Origin: Leptonemataceae bacterium
Lineage (GTDB): Bacteria; Spirochaetota; Leptospiria; Leptospirales; Leptonemataceae
Length of the DNA stretch: 64,000 nt
Reading direction: 5' to 3'
Assembly (NCBI GenBank): GCA_965227295.1
Contig: OZ245742.1
Span: 2,208,001 to 2,272,000 of the forward strand
Of this stretch, positions 56,599 to 64,000 are shown piece by piece. Under the pieces are notes generated by a model that made no database searches, was not told the DNA's origin, and saw only the letters and a program-made list of their open reading frames with translations. Within the stretch, counting starts at the first letter, position 1; each line of letters opens with the position of its first letter. The translations under genes and the position numbers were made by a program.

Positions 56599-57609
56599 CT
56601 ACAGCCAGCCGAAGCCGGCGTAGAGATAGACCTTCGTTTCGATGATGTTAGCCGCACCGTTTCGAATTTCGAACACGCACTTGATGTGACTGATGCGCCG
56701 TACCAGCAGCGGGCGACGATCGTCCTCCGGTACGCGCAGGGAGATACCCGCGGGCACGCCGCCGGAAAACTCCGGACTCGCGCCCGGCCACTGGGCCCAA
56801 TCGCGGGCACGCCGGGTGTTGATGATGCCCGCGGACGCCAGGGCTTCGAGGCACGGCCACCATTCATTCTGTCGCCCTGCCTGAAGCTCCAGGCCGAAGC
56901 GCCGGTTGTCACCGACATCCGTATTCCAGGTCAGTGCGGCCCGGAACTCATCGGCGATTTTCATGAGCGCGGTGAGGATGGGACCGGGCCGGGCGTCGGC
57001 CGCGCGCATGAACGCGGGAAGTTCCGGCAGCGTTACGGAAAAGGTGATGCGGGGCGTCGCAATGTCGCGGGCGTAGCGGTAACCGATCCAGTGCAGCCGT
57101 CCCGCGGGTATGCTCCGGAGCGTGCTCCGGATGGCGGTTTCCGTACACACCGTCGCCGGCCGGCCGGCCAGCAGCGAGTCGATCTTTAAGATCATCTCAA
57201 GTGAACTTTGTGAAAAACGACGTGCGTTCACGAATACCAGCGGCGGGGGCGTCGCAATGCCGTAGACGGCGGCGTCGAACTCCAGCCACAGGTTCTCGAT
57301 GCCCGCGTACTCCGTATTTTCGTTCGCGCCAATCCAGCGTTCGAGCAAGGTCGATACGCCGCGCCAGAGTGGGTGCTGATCGAAGCTATGCTCTCGAATG
57401 TGCTCCAGCCAGCGCTCCGGTTCGCCGTGTTCTCTTAAGATACGCAGACTGAGATCTAAGGGGCCGCCGGAAGAGCGGCCCTCGAAGATAAGGCCGGAGA
57501 CGGGAGGAAAGACCCGGGCCGCGTCCGTAAGTTGTTGCAGATCGGCGTTGCTGACGAGGCCCGGGAGAAGATGTTCCGCGCATGCACGGACGAGTTCTGC
57601 CGCCGTCAT
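56599..57609 (-). CDS. Uncharacterised WLEFD/SHIK/KxYL protein, putative ABBA-type prenyltransferase fold
   Basis: ENLWLEFD..PPPLVF, WAQWPG, RRISHIK, TKVYL. The ORF is solid; the fold assignment is inference. Confidence 0.5.
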   Translation of the reverse strand: MTAAELVRACAEHLLPGLVSNADLQQLTDAARVFPPVSGLIFEGRSSGGPLDLSLRILREHGEPERWLEHIREHSFDQHPLWRGVSTLLERWIGANENTEYAGIENLWLEFDAAVYGIATPPPLVFVNARRFSQSSLEMILKIDSLLAGRPATVCTETAIRSTLRSIPAGRLHWIGYRYARDIATPRITFSVTLPELPAFMRAADARPGPILTALMKIADEFRAALTWNTDVGDNRRFGLELQAGRQNEWWPCLEALASAGIINTRRARDWAQWPGASPEFSGGVPAGISLRVPEDDRRPLLVRRISHIKCVFEIRNGAANIIETKVYLYAGFGWL

Positions 57610-57621
57610 GCGCGGACGCTC

Positions 57622-57837
57622 TCAATCGTCTTTGTTCCAGCCCAGGTCCGGCAGGGCGCCGCGGCCCTTAAAGAAACCTTCCGGCACGGCCTTCTTGAGG
57701 CTGTCGACATCGATGTCGTGGCCCAGGGACTTCGCCACGTCCACGACCTGGTCCCAGGCGCCCTCGGCGACTTCGGTGAGTTTCTGTCGCGCCTCTTCGC
57801 TCTGCTTTAACTTCTCGAAAAATGATTCTACGCTCAT
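57622..57837 (-). CDS. 71-aa Nif11-leader-like protein
   Basis: AGGAGG RBS; MSVESFFEKLKQSEEARQKL..VVDVAKSLGHDIDVDSL resembles the Nif11 pattern; no double-Gly site. Confidence 0.65.
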   Translation of the reverse strand: MSVESFFEKLKQSEEARQKLTEVAEGAWDQVVDVAKSLGHDIDVDSLKKAVPEGFFKGRGALPDLGWNKDD

Positions 57838-57849
57838 GTGTTGGTCCTC

Positions 57850-58530
57850 CTACCATTTCGACGGGTTGAATGTATCGGCGACTTTGTCGGCCGCCTTCTT
57901 TGCGCCGTCCGCCACGTCGCCCGCGGCTCCACCGGCCCAGTCACCGACGTCGTTCGCGGCCCCGCTGGTCCAGTCACCGACATCGCCGGCGGCGCCGGTG
58001 GTCCAGTTGCCCACGTCATTCGCCGCGCCGGTGGTCCAGCCGGCCACGTCGTTCCCCGCTCCGATGCTCCAGGTAATGGGTGCGGTCCAGGCGGGTGGCG
58101 TGGGTTGGGCCGGCGGTTTGATTTTGCCTTCGGGGTCCACGACGGAGCGCAACTCCGCGCCGCTGAATTGAAACGGGGCGTTGTTTTCTTTGAGCAGGCG
58201 GGCGATGTCGTCCCACTGGGCCTGGCTCATCATCTTTTCCATGTTCGTTTTCAATTCGGCCGGGCACTTCGGATTCTCTTTCAGAAAGATGAGAAAGCGC
58301 CACACCTGTCGCACGCCGTCGCTCATGGCGAAGACGGCTTCGAGGGCGGAGGCTTTCACGTCTTTGAACGGACTCTGGCTGAGGAAACTCACCAGACCGT
58401 TCCAGTCTTTTTTGGCGGCCAGTTCCCGGCAGCGATCGGCGACGGCCTTGTTCGGTTTGTCCTCCGCGATGACGCTGACAAACTGCAGGGCGAACTTCTG
58501 ATCGGCCGGCATATCCGGTATTATGCTCAT
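57850..58530 (-). CDS. 226-aa protein: two helical (Nif11-like) units, Pro-rich linker, five Trp 11-mer repeats
   Basis: AGGAGA RBS; W(T/S/A)xGA(A/G)xDVxx five times; ends FNPSKW. Confidence 0.8.
   Translation of the reverse strand: MSIIPDMPADQKFALQFVSVIAEDKPNKAVADRCRELAAKKDWNGLVSFLSQSPFKDVKASALEAVFAMSDGVRQVWRFLIFLKENPKCPAELKTNMEKMMSQAQWDDIARLLKENNAPFQFSGAELRSVVDPEGKIKPPAQPTPPAWTAPITWSIGAGNDVAGWTTGAANDVGNWTTGAAGDVGDWTSGAANDVGDWAGGAAGDVADGAKKAADKVADTFNPSKW
57907..58071. repeat. Five 33-bp coding repeats (Trp 11-mers)
   Basis: WSIGAGNDVAG WTTGAANDVGN WTTGAAGDVGD WTSGAANDVGD WAGGAAGDVAD. Confidence 0.93.
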
Positions 58531-58554
58531 GTTATTTCTCCTAATATTTAGTGC

Positions 58555-61500
58555 TTACCACTTAGTGGGATTGTACGTGTCCGGATTGCTGACGGCGTCG
58601 GCGACGTCTTCGGCGGCGCCGCTGGTCCAGTCGGCCACGTCGTTCGCGGCGCCGGTGGTCCAGCCGGCGACATCGTCGGCGGCGCCGGTGGTCCAGTCGG
58701 CCGTGTCGCCGGCGGCGCCGGTGGTCCAATCGGCGACGTCGTTGCCGGCCCCTTCCATCCAGTCGACGGCCACGCCGGCCGAGCGAAACGTGCTGCGCAC
58801 CTGGTCCTTCGAGAAGCCGTAGACTTCTTCGACGGCCGCGCCGATTTTTTCCGGGACGTAGCCGGCCTGGTGCATCAGCTCTACGACCCGGGCGGCGTCT
58901 TGTTCCAGGTCGCGGAGGATGTGCGCGGCCTCTTTCTCCGCGAGGGCGTAGCCGTTTTTCAGGACCCGCGCCGTGTTTTCGATGCCGGTAAGTACGCCGG
59001 CTTTGACCAGGTCGGCCCAGGCCTCCGCCGCATCCAGGAGCGGGCGGAAGAGGTCGGCGGCGTTGTCCTCGATGAGACGCAGGAGTTCCGCGCCGAGATC
59101 CTCCAGCTTTTCCGGCGGGACGCTTGCGCGCAGCGTCGGAACTTTGAAGTGCATGGATTGAAAATCGAAGCTTGCGTTAATGTTCGCTGAAAAACGATTA
59201 GCGGATATGTGTAACCGCACCTCGCCGTTCAGCAGGGCCTTGAGGCGCAGCGTACCGAAGTTCACGCCGAGGATTTTGATGGGCCCCACGTTCAGATCCA
59301 GGCCCATACGCAGGCTGCCGCTCGCGTTGAAGCCCGAGGAAAGCAGCGTGCAGGCCAGGTCGAGTTCGGCGATGAGCGTGAGGCGGGTAATCAAACGAAA
59401 CGTGAGGCCGGAGGTACCCAGACTCACGTCCACTTTCTGCAAACGCACTTCAAAGAGTGCGATATCCCAGGCGGCCCGGAAAAACGGGCTGCCCGTGGTG
59501 TTTACGAGAAAGACCGGGCCGCCGGGAGAAACCACGTAGACCTCGCGGCTTTCCACTTCGCTTTCGTTTCGGCTGATGTCCCGGTTGTCCACGCGGACCC
59601 ACTTGCCGTTGCGTTTCTCTTCGCGGCGCTGAACGCCCCGGCCGTCCCCGCTGACTTCCAGAACACCACGCAGCCGGATCGCTTCCATCTCCGCGTGACC
59701 GTGGATGCCGCTCGTGGGATCGACGCGAAAGTCGCCGTGGGCGCCGAAGCCGAACAGGTCCAGGGTCGAACTGAAACCCAGACCGGGTTGCGCGGCGGTT
59801 CCGTCGGGCAGTACGACGGGGCTGTCGGCCCAGTAGAAAGAAACTTTGCCTGTATCTATTAACTGTAACTCACGAGATATTTGCGTCGCATCGACATCGG
59901 TGAAGAGCGCCAGGATTTCCGGGAGCGTGATCTGCCGCATGTAGAACGACAGCAGCATAGGGCGCGGTACGCTCTGGACGATCTGCAACACCAGCGCGAA
60001 ACGATCATCCTCTTCGCGACGATCGCCGATGGAGTAGCGGCCCTGGAGGCCGAGGTCCAGGGCGGGCGGTGCGAAGCGAACGCCCATGAGCATGCCGATC
60101 TCGCGCAGGTGCAGGCCGCGGATTCCGGGCGGAGGCGGTAGAGTTCCGTCGTTGCCCTTGAGCACGGCCGTGACCGCCGCGCCGGTTGTGGAAAGGATCA
60201 ACCGGAGCATGGCGTCGAAGTCTTTGCCGTTGACGGTGAAGTTCATTTCGGTTCCGAGTTCGAAGAGCGGTTGCGGCAGTACGGTAATTTTCAGCGAAGG
60301 ATTTTCGAGTTGCAGCCAGGGATCGCGGACCGAGGGAATCGCCAGGGTGCCGTTCAGTCGCGTGAAGGCGTACAGGGAATTGCGCGCGAAGGAGAGCTGG
60401 ACCGTTAACCGCGCCGCGGGCAACATTGCCGCCAGGTTCTTCGCGCGCGCATCACCTTCGGCGAGATCGACGACCGCGGCCAGTGAGAGACCGGGGCTCA
60501 GTTCCAGGTTCGCGCCGCCGCCCACGGGTTGCACCGGACGGGTGCCGCCGGTACTGCTCGCGGTTTCATCCACGGTGAGCGGCGGGAGTTGCGGCACGCG
60601 ATAGTTGCTAAAGTTTCCCCCGCTGATCATTAAGGCCGCACGCTGAAAGTTCAGAAAGTTCGCCGCGCGAAAGTGGCGACCCACGACGGGGAGATCGGAC
60701 AGACGGCTGTTCGGCGGAAAGTCCAGGCCGAAGACGAAGGCCGTACGACCCGCATCGTCGGTGCCGACCGTGAGAAAGGCGTCGCCGTAGCTCCGCGATG
60801 CCGCCGAGAATGTGAAGCGTCGGTGCGCGGGTTCGTATTCGAAGCCGGCTCGAATGAGTTGCACGTCCAGTTCTTCGGGAACGTCCAGGCCGTCGCGGAT
60901 GCCGAGGGCCCGGAGGACGTCCAGGGGAGAGAGGCTTTCGTCGCCGACGGTGCGCCACTCGCCGCGATACAACTTCGCCTGCGGGCCGAATTCATAGCGC
61001 ACCAGGAACAGGGCGTCGCCGATGTTCAGATCCGATTCGAAGTGCCCGCTGAGTTGTTTGCGTCGACTCTGCGGATCGCGACGGCTGTCGAGATAGATGC
61101 GGGTCTTCGATTCGGCATCGCCTCCGAACGGAAGTTTCGCGGCGTTGACGGTGGCGCGCAGGGATAACTCGCGGCTCTTCGTGTTGAAGTTGATCTCCAC
61201 GGATTCGGCGCTGATGTCGGGCAGGGCGTCGGGGAGATCTACGCCGAAGAGTTCGGCAAACTCTCGCACAATGGAAGTTAGTCGGATGTCGCCCTGTAGC
61301 GTGGCGGCCTCGAGGTCCCAGCCCTGGTCGCGGCCGGCGGATTGTCCGGAAATGAAAAACGCCGTGCCGCCGGACTCGAACCGTCCGTAGATGCGGCCGC
61401 GAGAGCCCAGGCCGTTCTGCGCGCGGAGCTCCAGATTGGTGAGGGTGAGGGAGCCCACCCCGCAATCGATGGTCCAGTCCGTCTGAAATCGACAGGCGAG

Positions 61501-62898
61501 GGAGAATGTGCGACGACGCAGATCCGCGTTTAATATAAACTGAGTACAGGTTAGATCGGGGAGATCGATGTCCGTATCGAGAATCTCTTCGAGGATGCCG
61601 GCGACGTCGATGACGTCCTCCGGGCCCAACACAACGCTCAGGTTCAGATCCGGCAGGCTGACGAAAACGTCGAAGTCCGTGCCGGCCACGCTGGTACGTC
61701 CGGTTACGCTTGCTCCGAGAAAGCGATTTTGATCGAGGGGATTGCCGGTAAAAAATCGCAGCTTGAGCCGGGATATGACCAGGCCGCTCTTGCCGAAGAC
61801 GTCGGCGAGCACCGGCCACTCCCCGGGGATTGCGAGCACGGCGTAACAGCCGGTGAGTTTGCGCCGGAACGGTTGAATATCGAAGCCGATGCGTTCCAGC
61901 TCCACGGTGTTGAGGATCGGCAGATCGTTTGGTAATAGTTCACCGCCGTCAGTTAAGCCGATGAGTTCCGCGAGATCGCCGAGAGATGCACCGGCACTGC
62001 GTGCATTCGCCGTGGCGCTTTCGATTTGCCGGAACATGGCGGAGAAATCCATGAAGACCATGGCGCTGTTGTAAAACTCACCGCTGAACGTAACCGTGAG
62101 CGGGCCGTCGCTGAGATCGCGCGTGGAGCGGGATACGATGCGGCCGAAGGTCCGCGGTCGCACGCGGCGATCGGCTTCCCGGGGGACGTCGAGGATCGAG
62201 GCAAACTCCAGTTCCAGGGGGAGCGTCTTGCCGATCAGTTCAAAGTCGGCGACGGGCGCGGCGCTGCGAAACCAGAGCTTCGGCAAGAACGTGTCGGTCC
62301 CGGGCTGACGCCGCAGCTCAATGGGGCCGGCCACTTCCACGGTTTCACCGGCGGAGTTGTAGAACCAGGCGAGGGCCGGTGGTAGCTCGCGGATGAGCAG
62401 TTGGCCGCGAAAGTGCAGGCCGCCGTGGAGTTCGTCGTCCTGTACGGGGAGATCCGGAAAGTAACCGAAGTCCAACTGGAAGTCCCGGCGCAGGGCCAGG
62501 CGTCGTTCGGAGTCCAGGGTAACTTCCGGCAAATGCCAGTTAAGTTCGTCCAGAATCGTGCCGCGCAGGGGTTCCAGGCCGTCGGAGAATTTCCAGCCGT
62601 CAAGAAAGTTCGTGAATTGCAAGTGCAGGGCCGGCACGCCTCCTTCCAGGCGGAGCGTGAGAACGGTCTTCAGGTTCGTGCGTCCGAAGAACTCGGTGCG
62701 GAGGTAGCCCGTCACGACGGCCGCGGCCTCTTCGCTCCCGTCCAGGATTTCGGCGCCGCTGAGTTCGATGCGCCCGTCCGGAAAGAAATCCTTGAACAGG
62801 CGGCGCAGATTCGGCGCCGGCCAGTCGGCCTCTCTTAAGTAAAACTCGCGACCGGTTAAGGACCATGCGACCAGAGACTGCAGTTCCGTGAGGATCAT
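58555..62898 (-). CDS. 1447-aa beta-strand-rich protein with helical C-terminal region and Trp 11-mer tail
   Basis: Long run of alternating-hydrophobic strands, no signal peptide; ends with five repeats plus YNPTKW; ATGA overlap with the upstream gene. Confidence 0.85.
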   Translation of the reverse strand: MILTELQSLVAWSLTGREFYLREADWPAPNLRRLFKDFFPDGRIELSGAEILDGSEEAAAVVTGYLRTEFFGRTNLKTVLTLRLEGGVPALHLQFTNFLDGWKFSDGLEPLRGTILDELNWHLPEVTLDSERRLALRRDFQLDFGYFPDLPVQDDELHGGLHFRGQLLIRELPPALAWFYNSAGETVEVAGPIELRRQPGTDTFLPKLWFRSAAPVADFELIGKTLPLELEFASILDVPREADRRVRPRTFGRIVSRSTRDLSDGPLTVTFSGEFYNSAMVFMDFSAMFRQIESATANARSAGASLGDLAELIGLTDGGELLPNDLPILNTVELERIGFDIQPFRRKLTGCYAVLAIPGEWPVLADVFGKSGLVISRLKLRFFTGNPLDQNRFLGASVTGRTSVAGTDFDVFVSLPDLNLSVVLGPEDVIDVAGILEEILDTDIDLPDLTCTQFILNADLRRRTFSLACRFQTDWTIDCGVGSLTLTNLELRAQNGLGSRGRIYGRFESGGTAFFISGQSAGRDQGWDLEAATLQGDIRLTSIVREFAELFGVDLPDALPDISAESVEINFNTKSRELSLRATVNAAKLPFGGDAESKTRIYLDSRRDPQSRRKQLSGHFESDLNIGDALFLVRYEFGPQAKLYRGEWRTVGDESLSPLDVLRALGIRDGLDVPEELDVQLIRAGFEYEPAHRRFTFSAASRSYGDAFLTVGTDDAGRTAFVFGLDFPPNSRLSDLPVVGRHFRAANFLNFQRAALMISGGNFSNYRVPQLPPLTVDETASSTGGTRPVQPVGGGANLELSPGLSLAAVVDLAEGDARAKNLAAMLPAARLTVQLSFARNSLYAFTRLNGTLAIPSVRDPWLQLENPSLKITVLPQPLFELGTEMNFTVNGKDFDAMLRLILSTTGAAVTAVLKGNDGTLPPPPGIRGLHLREIGMLMGVRFAPPALDLGLQGRYSIGDRREEDDRFALVLQIVQSVPRPMLLSFYMRQITLPEILALFTDVDATQISRELQLIDTGKVSFYWADSPVVLPDGTAAQPGLGFSSTLDLFGFGAHGDFRVDPTSGIHGHAEMEAIRLRGVLEVSGDGRGVQRREEKRNGKWVRVDNRDISRNESEVESREVYVVSPGGPVFLVNTTGSPFFRAAWDIALFEVRLQKVDVSLGTSGLTFRLITRLTLIAELDLACTLLSSGFNASGSLRMGLDLNVGPIKILGVNFGTLRLKALLNGEVRLHISANRFSANINASFDFQSMHFKVPTLRASVPPEKLEDLGAELLRLIEDNAADLFRPLLDAAEAWADLVKAGVLTGIENTARVLKNGYALAEKEAAHILRDLEQDAARVVELMHQAGYVPEKIGAAVEEVYGFSKDQVRSTFRSAGVAVDWMEGAGNDVADWTTGAAGDTADWTTGAADDVAGWTTGAANDVADWTSGAAEDVADAVSNPDTYNPTKW
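58597..58761. repeat. Five 33-bp coding repeats (Trp 11-mers)
   Basis: WMEGAGNDVAD WTTGAAGDTAD WTTGAADDVAG WTTGAANDVAD WTSGAAEDVAD. Confidence 0.93.
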
Positions 62899-64000
62899 TT
62901 GGCATCCTCATCGGCGGCCGGCTTTAACTTTTTGCCGGCGCTGCCACCGTCAGCGGCCGCGCCGGACTCTCCGATCTCTCCGATGTTGAAGGCGATGGGA
63001 AAGTGATCGCTGATGCTGTACTCGAAGAGGATGCGGCGGAGTTCGGCATCACCGAAGTCGCCGCCAGTCTTTGCCTGGATGTATTGGATGGCCGCAATGA
63101 CGGAGAAACGGGCTTTGCGGGCGTAGTCCCGGACGTCATCCAGCGTGCCTTGCGTCATCTGACAGTCGCTTGCAATCCACGCTGTCATTGTTTCGGCGAA
63201 GCCTTTCAGTTGAGAGACGAGACGGGCCCAAATCCGGGCGCCGTCTACGGGGCTGCGTTCCAGGTCGTCTTTCGAGGCAGCGCAAATGTTGAGAAGATCT
63301 ACCACGGCAATCGCCATGGCATCGTCCGGTGTTACCGGGATCGTGCGGCGCGCGCTCTGGCGCCGGGCCTGTGACCAGCGCTCGTCGAGTTCGCGGGTAC
63401 AGGTTTGCAGGGAGTCGGTGATGGACGCTGCAAAGGAAGCCTCGACGACCGGCGGGGCGGTAACGTTGTCCAGGACGGCGCAGAGTTCAACGCTTACGTT
63501 CCGGGTCCAGCATTGATCGTACGGTTGGCTGTCGTCCTGGTTCGTACCCAGGGCCTGAAGATACGTGGTATATCGGCGCAGTGAAGTATCCATGCGACCG
63601 GCGGTGCCGGAAGGGCCGGCATGGACGAAGCCTTGTTCCGTGCAGGCCTCGTCCAGGTGATCCTGCTCCAATCGTTTGAAGTTCAGGTCGCCGCAGAATA
63701 CGATGGGCGCGTCGTGCGGGAGTGCCGCATTCGCAAGTACTCCTGCCAGTGCCGCCTGGCGTGTATCGACGGCGGCCGAGGGGGACGGCGCATGGAATAC
63801 CAGAAAGTGGATGATACGGTCCGCGATTTGAAGGGGAAGATACCAGGCGCTTCGGTACGGACGTACGGAAGGAATCAGGGCCGGGGCCCCGGCCGGTCCG
63901 GCCGAGCCGTCCTCGATTATCAGAATGTATTTTTCTCTGCCGGCATCGTCGGACGGCAAGACTGAATAGCTGTGCTCGCCGCCGTTCAGTCTCGTCTTCA
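62895..64000 (-). CDS. Endonuclease/exonuclease/phosphatase (EEP) family protein, 5' end outside window
   Basis: Frame is open upstream of the track's TTG to the window edge (KTRLNGGEHSYSVLP); GREKY, FHAP, GDLN, PYDQ, SDHFPI. Confidence 0.85.
   Translation of the reverse strand, partial: KTRLNGGEHSYSVLPSDDAGREKYILIIEDGSAGPAGAPALIPSVRPYRSAWYLPLQIADRIIHFLVFHAPSPSAAVDTRQAALAGVLANAALPHDAPIVFCGDLNFKRLEQDHLDEACTEQGFVHAGPSGTAGRMDTSLRRYTTYLQALGTNQDDSQPYDQCWTRNVSVELCAVLDNVTAPPVVEASFAASITDSLQTCTRELDERWSQARRQSARRTIPVTPDDAMAIAVVDLLNICAASKDDLERSPVDGARIWARLVSQLKGFAETMTAWIASDCQMTQGTLDDVRDYARKARFSVIAAIQYIQAKTGGDFGDAELRRILFEYSISDHFPIAFNIGEIGESGAAADGGSAGKKLKPAADEDAK

Noticed and set aside
57907..58761. 33-bp repeats as a possible CRISPR array
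   Set aside because: Contiguous, in frame, no unique spacers and no cas genes; these are coding repeats.

Overview
High-GC bacterial window, probably from a Leptospiraceae-like spirochaete. This is an inference from the many Cys-lipobox proteins, membrane-anchored AraC, 7TM-SpoIIE/7TM-DISM sensors and a lipase-chaperone-like gene. The core (12.4-56.6 kb) is mostly housekeeping and envelope genes: glnA with a sigma54 promoter and terminator, lnt, xth, dsbD, nadC, biotin carboxylase, an NSS transporter, enoyl-CoA hydratase and a desaturase-cfa-reductase lipid cluster. Both ends hold unusual minus-strand operons that run off the window. LEFT (1-12138): a 1214-aa uncharacterised protein, two paralogous tail-collar (fibre-like) proteins, one with an inserted beta-propeller and near-identical 384-bp tandem repeats, and a >758-aa ORF absent from the ORF track that carries an HNH-type nuclease motif. 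RIGHT (56599-64000): an EEP nuclease/phosphatase, a 1447-aa beta-rich protein and a 226-aa protein that end in the same five Trp-initiated 11-residue repeats and NP(T/S)KW, a 71-aa Nif11-like protein and a WLEFD-motif putative prenyltransferase-fold enzyme. This block abuts a 33-bp duplication of the neighbouring gene's 3' end. These two operons are the best candidates for undescribed systems. A REP-like element family and a duplicated non-coding element are also present. All family calls are by motif recognition; no searches were run.
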